A stretch of 64,000 nucleotides of DNA, taken from NCBI GenBank assembly GCA_976551045.1, contig CDPCPM010000033.1, positions 27,528,001 through 27,592,000 on the forward strand. The letters are read 5' to 3'. Both the position numbers and the translations under genes were made by a program. Source of the DNA: Glaucostegus cemiculus (lineage: Eukaryota). This document shows positions 37,208 to 50,514 of this stretch, one piece after another. The notes beneath the pieces were generated by a model. That model worked only from the letters and a program-made list of their open reading frames with translations. It did not search any database and was not told the DNA's origin. Numbering within the stretch: position 1 is the stretch's first letter; every line of letters starts with the position of its first letter.

Positions 37208-38403
37208 CTGTCCAAGATACCAAAAGCACAAGCTGATCAACTCAAAACAGCAAATGCCTTAAATGAATCAAATTCATTGTATTTTTTGTTCCCAACAAGA
37301 AATTTTGTGATTTGTAGGATATACCTTCAGCGAATATTAAGAAATAAAATAAAAAGTCCTGAAATCACTTTTGTGCATTGTCCCACTATTATGGAACGCA
37401 GAACTTGCAATCATCAGTGACCATCCTCACTGCTAACTGCTATGCAAAATTTTGTTGCAGCTCCCACACGAGGAGTCAGCTCATTCCATCATAGCAACAT
37501 TCTCCATGACAGCAAGGCTACAGTGATGTAATGGTATTTTCTGGAGGAGTGAAAACCCTTATCTACTGAAAATCCTGAAAAATTTTGACAAACGGCTATG
37601 CCATATACATGGCTTATCAAGTGCCATCCGTTGTAGGACACTCGGAAATTTTCTGAATGATTCTTAAATACAGAAACAATCAGATATATTCAAAACTATT
37701 AAAAAGAAATTCAAAGTTTTAAAGCTATTAAATATTCTAAATAATTAAAAGTTTTTTTAAGTTTAAAGAATGAATATGCCTAAAATACTCAAAATTATTT
37801 TAACAGATTCAAACAATTATCTAAAATTTAAGCTAACTTTTACTGACCTTAGTCCTTGGGAATATTTTCCTTTCAATTAATTCAATGGAGAAACACTCCC
37901 TGTGTCTCCACGCACCTGGTCCAGATATTCAACACTAAAGAATATGCCTAAATTGCTGACCCCGGCATGAGGACTTACATGGGAAACTTTGTGTGGAAAT
38001 CACAAAGTTTCTAATAGTTACACAGGAAAAAGTTGGCAATTATAAAGGGAAGTGCCAGTATTTCCCTGCAGATTTAGGATATTATAAAAACCATGGGAAG
38101 CAATATAGCAGCATTATTATGAAAACAAAATAGACTGCAGATGCTGGAATCTGGAGCATCTTTGTGTATTGCCTGGGAGTACCCAGTTAAGAAGTTCAGG
38201 CCTAATCAATGCTTGAATGAAAGACCATTTGAAAATACAATAGCCTTGCTGCCTGGAGAAACACAAAACCCAACCAGCACATTGAATTTGGCAAGGATCT
38301 TAATCATATTGCATAAGCAAAAAACCTGCAGCCCTTATATTTGCTGATGGTCAACGTGAACACAATTTCATAATCAAATTCAAATTGCAAGTAAAACACT
38401 AAC

Positions 38404-38682
38404 CTAATACTGTCAATGAAGCTTTACAGCTGCTGGTTCCAAACTGATTCTTGACTTCAAAAGTATATTCACCAGTGTCATCATTAGAAACAGAAGAAAT
38501 CTTTAGGCTGGCCACATTACGCTCAAAGCTGATTCTGTGTTTTCTGCTAGACACCATTTCATTACCATCCTTAAAACATTTAACTGTTAGTTCTGGTGTA
38601 CCAGTTACAGTACATTCCAGATTTGCTGTATTTCCTGCTGTCACTCTGAGTGACTGTGCTTGTTCTGTGATTTTTGCTGGTT
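38404..38682 (-). CDS. ttn: titin Ig exon D4
   Basis: 279 nt, EPAKITEQAQSLRVTAG. Confidence 0.95.
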
Positions 38683-38803
38683 CTATGAGGAAAAAGAAAT
38701 CTCTTCAATACATTACTTACATTAATCTCATTTTCATTGATATATGGCAAAAAATCTGAATCCACTACAAGTTAAAATGGAGGCTAACCAATATCCCACT
38801 GAC

Positions 38804-39082
38804 CTGCTACCAACAATGTGGCAAAGCACTTCTCAGTTCCTGCATCATTCTTGACCTGGCACGTATACTTTCCAGCATGATTTTCTCCAACAGCATTTAT
38901 TTGAAGTGTAGCAATATTATTCTCAAAAGACAAAGCAATATTACCGTCTTCTTGGATAACATCTTTATCTTTCATCCAAGTTACGTAAATAGGCTTTGAG
39001 CCTTTTACTTGACATTGGAATACAACTGAATTACCTGACATTATGGTTATATTTTCAATCTTCTTTATAAATCTTGGTGGTT
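38804..39082 (-). CDS. ttn: titin Ig exon C4
   Basis: 279 nt, EPPRFIKKIENITIMSG. Confidence 0.95.
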
Positions 39083-39243
39083 CTGATTTAAAACAAATGG
39101 TTATACAAACATGAATTTTAATTTTAGTTTTTCATTATTGTGTTGAAATGTTTTAATCTAAAAGGTAGAATTGTATCATAAATAATTGAGCATTGTCTCA
39201 ATTAGCAGAAGCCAAATATGTTCCCACAAACACAAGAACTGAC

Positions 39244-39522
39244 CTTTCAAATTGACCGTAGAACTGCATGAACAACTTCCCACATCATTCTTTACAGTAC
39301 ACTTGTATTCGCCAACATCTGAGGTATCGGATGTTAAAATGCAAAGACTGGCTAACACATTGTCAAAGGTCATTTTATATTTTTTGCTGCGTCGAATTTG
39401 TTTATTGTCCTTATACCACAAAACTTCAAATGGAGTTGTACCAGTCACCTCACATTCAAGAGTAATATCACTAGTTTTAATTATCTCAACAGGTTCAAGT
39501 TTCTTTGTAAATGAGGGAGGTT
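39244..39522 (-). CDS. ttn: titin Ig exon B4
   Basis: 279 nt, EPPSFTKKLEPVEIIKT. Confidence 0.95.
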
Positions 39523-39608
39523 CTGAAGAGTAAAACATAACAATGCGGCTTAGAAAACAATCATATGTCAAAGAGTTCAATCTCTCTTTAAGGCACTGTT
39601 TTACACAC

Positions 39609-39890
39609 CTTTAACCTGAATCACAAAGTTGCAGCTGTTAACACCAGCATCATTCTGGGCTTCGCAGGAATAATCCCCACTATCTTCCACCTTTACATCA
39701 GCAATCTCAAGAACAGCCAACGAGTTTTGAAATGATATCCTATACTTGTCACTGGTTCTAATTTCTTGATTATTTCTATACCATGTTACTGTGATTTCAG
39801 GTGTACCAGTAATTTTGCACTCAAAACGTGCAAATTCTCCTTGTTTCAGTGCTGATGAAGAAGGTAGCTTCGTAACAAAGCTTGGAGGCT
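39609..39890 (-). CDS. ttn: titin Ig exon A4 (absent from ORF track)
   Basis: 282 nt, cag|EPPSFVTKLPSSSALKQGEFARFEC...VIQVK|gtgtgt, translated by hand. Confidence 0.93.
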
Positions 39891-40103
39891 CTGAGAAATG
39901 AGATGTAGTAAACTTGAATATTGGAATTACAAAGTCAAATTAGACACATTAGACACAGTAAATAAAGTGGACGAAGGACAAGGAATTACCTTCTGGTAAG
40001 AGTTACTCTTATACGAGTTTAAGAAAGCAAAGGAAGATTTTTTACAATGTTAAAAACGATACACAAAATTAAATTGCTATTGAGATTAACAAAAAATGCA
40101 AAC

Positions 40104-40382
40104 CTTTGATGAATACATTTGCAGTACTAATAACTGAACCAGCCTCATTGGTGAGTTGACAGTTGTAAACACCAGCATCAGAAGTTTTGGTTGAAATTAT
40201 CTCAAGGAAGTGTGTTGTTTCTTCATTCCAAATGGAACATCTTGCGCCAGGTTTCAACTCCCTATTATCCTTCATCCACTTGACAAATAGTGGAAGAGTT
40301 CCTTTCACAATGCTTTTAAACTGTAGTGTAGAACCAAGCACAATCTCTTGGGACATTGGTTTTTCTATAAAGTTCGGTGGTT
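40104..40382 (-). CDS. ttn: titin Ig exon F3
   Basis: 279 nt, EPPNFIEKPMSQEIVLG. Confidence 0.95.
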
Positions 40383-41115
40383 CTAAAAGTCATTTGAGAA
40401 AAAAAATGGTTTAGTATTTTCAGCAGAGGCAAAAATACTGAGATTTCTAGAATTATTTGTACTACTACAGCACTTTGTTACTGAAACAGATAATGTCAAG
40501 ATATTTTAGAAAGTTCGAATATGTATAGTTCATCTACATTGTTACAGAAAGTGAAGAAACAAATAATATTGGGTGAGATTATGCTGATATGGTCCCCCCT
40601 CCCCCACCTAGGTTTTCCCTGCACATCCTCTGGCATGTCTAGAGGATAGCCTAAAGTGATGCTTCAACAGGCAGTAAAGCCCAGTCTGCAGCTCTGCCAG
40701 TTTGAAAAGCTCTGAATGATTTTTAATAGCTTTTAGCTGTATCTAGAAACATTTAAAAACTACTAGAACAATTAAATTTTAAAAATATATTAAAATTAAA
40801 AGATTTGGGTGATAAATTAAAGGCATTAAGCTAAAATTAAATAATCAATTAAATTAGCCCATTTGCCTTTTAATCCAAAGCCTTACAAAGCCCTTTAAAA
40901 TTAATGGAGTTCAGACCTTATGTTCAGTCCAACCTCGTATGGAGTCCAGAGTCAGACTGAACATCACATTTGGACCTACCACCATTTAAACAGCTAAATG
41001 CCAATGATTCTGGAACTTCTGCTATTAGCCAGCATGATTCAGCCCATTTTAACCAGAAAATCAGCATCTGATGCACCTTATAACAGAAGAGGATTGAAAA
41101 AGTGTATCTTCAAAC

Positions 41116-41403
41116 CTTTTACAGTTAGGAATCCACTGCATTTACTACTCCCAGCAGCATTTGTTGCTTTGCAAGAGTAATTTCCACCATCTGTGATTTC
41201 AAGTTCGTTAATCTCCAAAAATGCAGTATTTTCTTCAAATGACATTTTGTATTTGTGATTCGCCATTATTTCTGTATTATCTTTATACCAAGAAATGCTG
41301 ATTGGAAGCGAACCAGATACTTTGCACTCCATGTGCATCAAAGATCCCAATATATTATCCATTTTCTTTAAACTTTTTATGAAAGATGGAGCAATTATTC
41401 GAT
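41116..41403 (-). CDS. ttn: titin Ig exon E3
   Basis: 288 nt, DRIIAPSFIKSLRKMDNILG. Confidence 0.95.
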
Positions 41404-41881
41404 CTATACAACACAGAACAACAAAGAAAGCTTATAAGCTGAAACATCCAGTGTAAGATTTTTACTCATCCTCCCCATCAGAAACATGATGGTAATGGAA
41501 TTAAAATGTAAGAGGTAGAAGTGCTGCCATTTTCTACTTCTATTACAAACTAGAAGATCTGTTTCTCAATGTAATGTAAATTCTGATCTTATGATATATT
41601 AGCACCTCAATATAATGCTATGGACTACTCAGCAGGAGATGCAGTAAACATGTTCCATTTCATAACGTCTGGTTGATGAAGCATAATCATGAAAGTACTG
41701 ACGATTCTGTTTATAACCGATTGCATATATTTAGAAGACAATATAAGTTGAATATATAACTTTGAGTTCAGACCATTTAAAGTATAATCTTCTCAGTCTG
41801 TTATAATTATATTATACCCTTTCAGCTACTGTTTTAATACGTACTATCAATTGTTTCAACACATTAAAAAAAATCACCAAC

Positions 41882-42160
41882 CTAGTACTGTCAATGAAGT
41901 TGTGCAGCTGCTGTGTCCAAATTCATTTTGTACTTCAAAAGCATATTCCCCACTATCATCCTTATCAACAGATTGTATCTTTAGGACTGCCACCTTATTC
42001 ACAAATGCCACTTTATATTTTCTGCTGGATGTCAATTCATTTTGATTCTTGAACCATCTAACTTTCAATTCTGGAGTACCAGCAACAACACATTCCAAGA
42101 TTGCCATTGTTCCTGAAGTTACACTTAAGGGCTCTGGTTTCTCTATGATTTGTGCAGGTT
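41882..42160 (-). CDS. ttn: titin Ig exon D3
   Basis: 279 nt, EPAQIIEKPEPLSVTSG. Confidence 0.95.
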
Positions 42161-42264
42161 CTGCAAGGAAAACCATACTTTCTCAAGTGACGAAGTTAAA
42201 AAAGTAATGTTTTACCTCTTACTACTTGACTAAAATTCACAAAGATCAAGTGTATTATACCAAC

Positions 42265-42543
42265 CTGTTACTGACAAGGTTGCAAAACACTTGTCAGTTC
42301 CTGCATCATTCCCAGCTTGACATGTGTACTTCCCACTGTGATTTGATTCTACAGAAACAATGTGCAGTACAGCAATACTATTCTCAAATGATATCTTAAT
42401 ATTGTCATCTTCTCTGACTTCTTCTTTGTCCTTCATCCATGTGACAAATATGGGAGTTGAGCCTTCTATTTGGCTGTTAAAAGTGGCTGAATTTCCAGAT
42501 AACGTTGTAACATTTTCAATCCTTTTCACAAAGGAAGGTGGTT
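42265..42543 (-). CDS. ttn: titin Ig exon C3
   Basis: 279 nt, EPPSFVKRIENVTTLSG. Confidence 0.95.
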
Positions 42544-42697
42544 CTGATTTAGAGTTAAGAATTGCATGAATTAGAGATAAGAATCAGACTCTCAGTAATT
42601 TTGTCATGCTACATTCATGAAACCTAGTAAGAATGAAATTCAAAATGGGATTATTGAAAATATCAAAAAAGAAAATGGCTGGCATTTGGTAACTGAC

Positions 42698-42976
42698 CTT
42701 TTAATCTGACTACAGCTGCACAAGAACAACTTCCCACGTCATTTGTAGCTTCACACTGGTATTCACCAGCATCTGAAATATCAACGTTCTGAATAAAAAG
42801 ACTAGCTAAGGATTTTCCAGTCATCATCTTGAATTTAATACTTGGTTGAATCTGCTTATTGTCCTTATACCAAGTGACATCAAATGGGCCTGAACCAGCA
42901 ACTTCACATTCGAGACTGATGTCATTTCCTTTCACTACCTCAAAAGGTTCGAGTTTCTTGCTAAAAGAAGGAGGTT
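42698..42976 (-). CDS. ttn: titin Ig exon B3
   Basis: 279 nt, EPPSFSKKLEPFEVVKG. Confidence 0.95.
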
Positions 42977-43069
42977 CTTTAAAAAAAAAGGGAAGAAAAA
43001 GAATTAAGATACCCAAGCAGAAAAGAAATATCACTGGAAAATAAGTTTTCAAAATTTCTTCATTAAAAT

Positions 43070-44343
43070 CTAGTTTTTTGAAGAGGTAACCAAGAGGATT
43101 GATGAGGGCAGGGTGGTGGATATTGTCTGTATGGACATTAGCAAGGTCCCACATGGAAGGCTGGTATGCAAGGTTAGATTGCACGAGATCCAGGAAGAGC
43201 TAGCTAAGTGGATACATAATTGACTTGATGTTAGGAAGCAGAGGGTGATGGTAGAAAGTTGTTTCTCAAACTGAGTCCTGTGAGTAGTGGTGTGCCACAG
43301 GGATTTGTGCTGGGCCCACTGTTGTTCATCATTTATATAAATAATTTGGATGAGAATGTATAAATATTTCTAATATTTTATAATATTTATAATAATTTAT
43401 AATATTTATATAAATCATTTATATAAATAATTTGGATGAGAATGTACAAGGCATGGTCAGTAAGTCTGCAGATGATATTAAAGTAGGTGGTATCATAGAC
43501 AATGAAGGTTATCAAAAATTACAACGGAATCTTGATCAGCTAGGTAAGTGGGCCAAGGAATAGCAAATGGCATTCCATCTAAATAAGTACAAGGTATTTT
43601 TGGAAGTCAAACCCCGGTAGGACTTTCACAGTGAATAGTAAGACCCGGAAAAGTGTTGTAGAGCAAAGGGACCGAGAAGTACAAGTACATTGTTCCCTGT
43701 AAGTGGCATCACAGGTAGACTGGATGGTGAAGAAAGCATTTCACATGCTGGCCTTCCTCAGTCAGGGCAGTTGAGACAGTAGTTGGGACGTTATTTTGCA
43801 ATTGTACAAAACATTGGTGAGGCTGCACCCAGAGTATTGTGTACAGTTTTGATTACCCTGTTATAGGAAAGATGTCACTAAGCTGTAAAGACTGCAAAGA
43901 AGATTTATGAGAATACTGCCAAGAATCAAGGGCATGAGTTATAGGGAGAGATTAACAGGGTTGGACCTTATTCCTTGGAGTGTATGAAACTGAGGGGATG
44001 ACCTTATAGAATTGTATAAAATCATGAGGGGTGTAGACAGGGTGAATGCACACAATCTTTTTCCCAGTGAAAGTGTGTCAAAAACTAGGGGGCATAGATT
44101 TAAGGTGCGAGGTGAAAGGTCTAATTGGGAACTGAGAGGCAACTTCTTCACACAGGGGGTGGTGTGTATATGGAACGCACTGCCAGAGGAAGTGGTTGAG
44201 GCAGATACAATAACAACACTTATAAGACACATAGACAGCTACATGGATAGGAAAGGTTAAGAGGGATATGGGCATCTTGGTTGATGTGGACGAGTTGAGC
44301 CAAAAGGCCATTTTTCTTGCTGTATTACTCTGTAACTCTATTA
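43070..44343 (+). mobile_element. 5'-truncated CR1 LINE (RT domain to 3' tail)
   Basis: gtggatattgtctgtatggac (VDIVCMD), SGVPQG..LGPLLF, YKIMRGVDRV..KTRGHRFKV..WNALP, tail ctctgtaactctat. Confidence 0.9.
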
Positions 44344-44361
44344 TATCTTATGGTCACACAC

Positions 44362-44643
44362 CTTTAACAGTAATTGTAACAATGCAGTTGTCAAAGCCAG
44401 CTTCATTCTCTGCTCTGCAAGTGTAATGTCCACTGTCTTCCACATTGACATTAATAAGTTCAAGGACTGATCTTGACTCAACAAATGACATCCTGAATTT
44501 GTCACTTGGGAGAATTTCACTTTCTTGCTTGTACCAGGTTACTTTGATCTCAGGTGTTCCAGTTACAGTGCATTCAATAGATGTTGAACTTCCTGTTTTC
44601 AATAATGTTATACGATCTGGCTTCTGAATGAAGTTTGGAGGCT
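44362..44643 (-). CDS. ttn: titin Ig exon A3
   Basis: 282 nt, EPPNFIQKPDRITLLKTG. Confidence 0.95.
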
Positions 44644-45835
44644 CTATAAACCAAAATGTAATTAATTGAATGAGAAAAATATTCAAAAGATTTTACCTGA
44701 ACTCAATGAATATGCTAAAAGAAAATTGATGACTAGCATGACATCCAAGTCAGATATATATATCTGACCACTGAGAAAATGTCATCTGTCATCAATCAAT
44801 ATTTTTAAGCAGCATGAAATGCAATTCACTAATACCTGTAAAGGTCCCTGAAAAATGGCATATCACAAGCTATATCTGAAGAAAGTCATGTTCATTCAAA
44901 TAAGTGAATAGCATTGTTATAAAAAGATCAATAGCAAACTCCAAAATGTTTAAAATAAAAAAAAACTCACTTAAGAACAAAAGGAGTCTTTTAGGTTACT
45001 ATTCACAAATTAGCTGCTTGATTTATACAACTGTCTTCTTGTCTATTTATCAGCATATCCATTCATCAGAAAACCTTAGCTCTGTGTCTAATCTCTACCA
45101 ATGATATGCACCACCTAACTTCACTTATCATGTTTTTCCCATTTGATTTTTTTTCATATTTTTATTCTATCATGAGTTCCATAGTTGTAACAGCTTTTTC
45201 CATTGTAAATGTCATTCTGATGCTCAAATCCACACACTGTGTTGCCACTGTTCTCTCAAAAAGCAACTTCAATTTGTATTTTGAAAATGTTCCTCATTAA
45301 CTACAATTTCTATTATCTAAAATAATGGATTAATCAAAATTTAGCACCAGAAGGTTTTTTTAAACTGCTCTGCTATGTTTGACCATGTGACAGCTAAGCT
45401 TCCTAGAAAAATGGACCCACAGGACCACAAAATTTTACCATCCCTAGAAGGATTCACGCACATGCGGTAGGCCAGATTGAGCATGATCTGCTACAAGGAG
45501 TTTACATGGGCCCAAATTCCTCTGCTTAAGTTCACAGTGTTGTAATCTTTAAAAGATAAGAGTGAAAAAATAAAGGAAAGAAACAGCAGCTGACCCTCAA
45601 AAGCATGCAATGTTACAGGGACCATTTGGGATACAGCCTAACACTGTGTGGCACCCTTGCAGTACATGTTGGGCAAAACAGAAAACTGAAGTTGTGGCCT
45701 CACTTCTAAGTCATGGCAATTCATGGACTGGCTCTCATGAGGTTTTCTTTTGTGATAATTCTACTGCATTAATTTTACTGGTCTGTAGATAGTACTTCTT
45801 TGTTCACGCTGTATTGAATTGATCAGCATTGTGTA

Positions 45836-46515
45836 ATGCAGAAATGCCTCTACTTCCTGCGGAGATTGAGGAAAGTGAACTCCCATCCTTCTATCATGAA
45901 AACGATCTGTAGAAGAACTATTGAGAGAATCCTGATACACTGCATCACCATCTGGTATGGGAGCTGCTCAGCTGCTGGACGGAAGTCCCTGCAGAGAACA
46001 GTGAGAGCTGCAGAGAAGATTATAGGTATCTCTCTACCCTCTATTGCAAATATATATATGGACCGATGTGTCAGAAAGGTCACAAACATAATGTCGGACC
46101 CTTCTCACCCCTTCTACCACCTCTTTACACTCTTGCTGACCGGAAGAAGGCTCTAGTGCATCTGGGCAAAGACTACCAGACTGTGCAATAGCTTCTTCCC
46201 ACAAGCTATCAGAACCATGAACTCCCTCATCCCTCCATCCCTCCCACCAACACCAAAGGATGCTAGGCGTACAAAGATGCACCAGCACTTTAAATGTCCG
46301 ATGTCTGCTGCCTCAGTACACTCACTCTAAGAACGTTTATTCGAGTCGCTATTTAATTTTTGTGGTTCCAATGTCGTTAATGTCTTTCTGTCTTTGTGTC
46401 ACTCATTGTTTCTTTTAATGTGACCAGCACCTTGATCTGTGGAGTACAGTATTTCGCTCCCATGCATGCTGAATATGTATATGGAAGTGACAATAAAAAC
46501 TGATTCTGAGTCTGA
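45836..46515 (+). mobile_element. Rex1/Babar-like non-LTR retrotransposon 3' end
   Basis: LYFLRRLRK..TIERILIHCITIWYGSCS..SLQR..DPSHP..LF C-terminal motif, 3' UTR with aataaa and ctgatt-type tail. Confidence 0.75.
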
Positions 46516-47154
46516 AAAAAGTGTTTTTAAATTATTGATGTAAAACTTATAAAAACAAATGACTAAGTTTCTAACTCAAGGATTTCACATCAAAACATCT
46601 TTGTGTTTATCTTTGTCAGCATAATTTCACAAGGTTTGTCTTTGATATGATTGGAGTGCCCAATTACAAACATTTTTCTATCCCATAGTCATTATCCAGC
46701 AAGGGAATAGTTGTAAAAATAAGACATTCCTGATGTGTTTTCCACTGGCCTGCCTATAAAAAAAAGTTGAATAAGAATATATAAGTAAAACTGATTTTAC
46801 AGATTTCAAAGGTAGCAAACAAAGTACCTTCAGTTCGGCCATCACTTTCCACAATATATTCAAATTGAATAGAAATTTAAAATCCCATACAAGAAGTATG
46901 TGGCCATGTCACAAAAAGTTAAATCAATAAAAGACAGAAAAAGATAAATTTTTCATTGGTCTAGTAAAAGTAAGACATAGAAATTAGTATTAATGTTGAA
47001 GGAAGAGTTGGGTTGAACAGAAAGACAGTACAAATAAGTAACAATTGAAAGAAAGCTGTGAGAAAAGAAACCTTCAAATAAAGATTGTTTTCAAACAAAC
47101 TTAATCGAACAAAACCATTTACAATGCTAAAATGAGTCATTAGAAATTTCACAC

Positions 47155-47433
47155 CTTTGACAAAAAGATGTGCCACACATGATTCAGTGCCAACTTCATT
47201 GCTGACTCGACAAGTATAGTCACCAGTATCAGAGACTTTTGCTGAATGGAGTTGTAGCATACTTGTTGAACCTTCCTTTGAAATGTAAAGTGAACTACTC
47301 GGCACCAACTCCTTTTTGTCCTTGAACCATTTGATGGTTGTTGGAGGAGTTCCACTAATAACACTCCTAAACTGTACTTTAGAACCAGGTACAACATCCT
47401 GAGACAAAGGCTTCACAGTAAAATATGGAGGTT
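47155..47433 (-). CDS. ttn: titin Ig exon F2
   Basis: 279 nt, EPPYFTVKPLSQDVVPG. Confidence 0.95.
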
Positions 47434-47668
47434 CTGAAAATTCCAGAGGAAGACTAGTCATTATCACAAGAAAATGAAATGAAAATTGATACAGTACATT
47501 TTATGAAAATGAAATGTTAAAATAAGAGCACAAGTATAATACATGCATTCTCAGCATGTTTGTTAATGTGGTAAATTAAATGAAAGGCAAGTAATACTTT
47601 GGATAACTGAAGGATATTAGTCAATATAATTTTGAAGCAATTAAGAAATTGAATGCAACATTTCAAAC

Positions 47669-47956
47669 CTTTCACAGTTAAGACACCAATACTCTGATCA
47701 GTTCCAGCAGCATTTGTTGCTCTGCAAGTGTAGGTTCCACCATCTGTCATCTCTAGTTGATGAATCTCCAATTGTGCAATGTTATCATGGTAAGAAAACT
47801 TATGTTTTTCATTAGCTGATAATTCTTCGTTGTCCTTATACCAAAGCACACTCATTGGAAGAGAACCAGAGATTTTGCATTCCATCTTAACAAAAGAAGT
47901 TTTGATGCCATCCATATTTTTTAAGTTTCTTTTAAATGATGGTGGAACTATGCGAT
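47669..47956 (-). CDS. ttn: titin Ig exon E2
   Basis: 288 nt, DRIVPPSFKRNLKNMDGIKT. Confidence 0.95.
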
Positions 47957-48066
47957 CTGTCCAACACATGGTGGGAAATCAAAGATTACTATTTCTTCCA
48001 AAATCTTTGCTGTTTCTTTTAAATATTTCAGTAATTGCAATGAAATTAAAGAGTAAAAATACCAAC

Positions 48067-48345
48067 CCAATACTGTAATGGAAGCTTTGCAACTGCTGCT
48101 ACCAACGTCATTCTCGATCTCACAGGTATATTCACCACTATCCTCTTTCTCGGTAAAAGGAATCTTTAAACTAGTAACCTTATTTGTAACGCTGATTTTG
48201 TATTTTCTCCCAGTAATCAACTCTGTGCCATTCTTAAACCATCTGGCTTTAATTTCTGGTGTTCCTGTAAAACTGCAGTCCAATGTTGCTGGCTCTCCTG
48301 CAGTTACACTAATAGAATCTGCCTTTTCTATAATAGCTGCAGGTT
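48067..48345 (-). CDS. ttn: titin Ig exon D2
   Basis: 279 nt, EPAAIIEKADSISVTAG. Confidence 0.95.
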
Positions 48346-49837
48346 CTGTGACAATAAAATAAATAATATTAGAGGGCAAGAATATAAGAAACAATGGAAG
48401 ACCATTTAAGTCCATTAATTTTCCTTTCATGAACCCACGCCATTGAATCTAAAACCATATGTGGACAATCTCTATTTGTAAAGATTATAGCATCTGTTCA
48501 TGCATCTCTCATGTTCAGGAGAACTGGTTAAACAAATGTTCATTCAATTTGGTGTTCATTCAATCCGCCTATCAACTATTAGTGACTCAGTTTGTTTTAG
48601 ACTTTCACACATGCTTTGCAAAAGTCAAAGGTCCAAAATACTCTAGAAGTCAAGTGCCAGCATATCTAACCTCCTTCTCAAGCTCTTGGGTCACTGTCAA
48701 GGCCAGTGGCAAAGCAATGACATGGAGAAATGGGAGTAGGCACTTTGCAACTGTCCTCTAAATCCTTTGCTAGGGCTAGAAGATGGTGTGCAAAGGAGAC
48801 CCCATTTCTTTGAATCATTAGTACTTTATGTGAATTTTAATTTTTGTACTTTTTAAAGTTATTAAGTCTATTTAACTAATTTTTAAAAGTCTCTTTCAAT
48901 CAGAGATATACAGTTCAAAAGTCTTGGACCGTAGCTAGTTGCCATGGGTTGTCAGGGTATTCAGAGAGGGAGGGATTGAACATTAAAAATCAGTTGTTTT
49001 CCTCACCCTTTAGGATGCATTAATTTTACAAAATGAATTGCTAAGAATACAAAGTAATATGGCACAGCTTCACAAAGGAGCAACTGCTACTTTCTGAACA
49101 TCATCTAGTGGTCGGATTCAAATAAACATTAAATTTAAGGATAGATGAAGTAATAGAGGGAGCAACATGGAAAGAAACAGAATGAACTGAGGACAAATTA
49201 AATAAGTAAAAAGAAGAAATAGAAAGAAAGACTGGATTAATAGAGTGATTGAAAAAAATAGTAAGCAACAGAAAGGAAACAAAAAATGTTTGGAAACTTC
49301 TGAGCAATTTATCACCTGCATGTAATTTGATAGTTTCAATTGAAAACACAAAAATCTCTTTCTGAGCCAACAAGATTGAATTTTATGTAACTACCATAAA
49401 TCACACAATTTCAAATGCCCTCGCAACATGGAACACTAGTCCAAATGTCTGTAGTAAGATTATTTCATATGCATGGACCAATCCATCAATTTCCTTTCAT
49501 GCATGGAGAGTGAAGATAAGTTTCCACTTTTGCAAGGATGGTGCAAATCATCCAACAATTTGTGGCTTTAATAACTAATACTGTATCTTTGCTCTGCCAC
49601 AAAGCCCGGAAGTTTTATGCACCAAAAATGGTGGACACTAGAAATTCAAAACTTGAGCCCTAAATTTAAGTTTAAGATTTTCTTTACCGTATAGCCATTC
49701 CAGAAAAAATATTATCTTTTATTTACATTATCTTAAAACATCCTTCTAAAAATTAAAGTAACTCAAAACATCTAAAGCTGTTGACTTTTAGAAATAACTG
49801 AATGTTTAACATATATGATAGCAATCTTTAAACCAAC

Positions 49838-50116
49838 CTTTCACAGTTAAACTTGCAACACATTTTGCGATTCCTGCATCATTCTTTGCCTCACAAACAA
49901 ACTTCCCACCATGATGTTTTTCAGCAGAAGCAATATGCAGTGTTGCTGTATCTTCTTCAAAAGATATTTTAGTATTAGCATCTTCAGTAATATCATCTTT
50001 ATCTTTTTGCCAGGTTATGGAAATTGGGCTTGAACCTTTCACAGTACATTGAAACATAGCAGGCGTTCCCAAAAGCACTGTAATATTTTCAATCTTCTTG
50101 AAAAATGATGGTGGTT
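49838..50116 (-). CDS. ttn: titin Ig exon C2
   Basis: 279 nt, EPPSFFKKIENITVLLG. Confidence 0.95.
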
Positions 50117-50235
50117 CTGTTTTTAAAACAGGACTCTCTAATTAGTCAGTGCAAAGACAACTTTTAATTAGGAGAAACAAAATTTATTTTATTGTAATAT
50201 AATGGAAGATAAGCTCTTGCTAAGTCTTCACTAAC

Positions 50236-50514
50236 CTTTCAAAGCCACTGCAGAACTGCATGAACAACTTCCAACTTCATTTGATACCGTGCATTGATAT
50301 TCACCAACATCCACAGTGTCAAATTTAAGAATATGTAAACGAACAAAAGAGTTTTGACAGATTGCCTTGTACTTTTTACTAGGCCTAATTTGCTTATTAT
50401 CCTTATACCAAGAAACTTCAAAGGGGGCTGTACCAGCCACTTCACATTCAAGAACAATGTCAGAGGCTTTAATCACCTCAAGAGATTCAAGTCTTTTACT
50501 GAATGATGGAGGAT
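50236..50514 (-). CDS. ttn: titin Ig exon B2
   Basis: 279 nt, DPPSFSKRLESLEVIKA. Confidence 0.95.

Noticed and set aside
37300-38350. Non-coding stretches with possible MITE or DNA-transposon remnants (also about 40590-41090 and 48400-49000)
   Set aside because: I could not define terminal inverted repeats or target-site duplications by eye.
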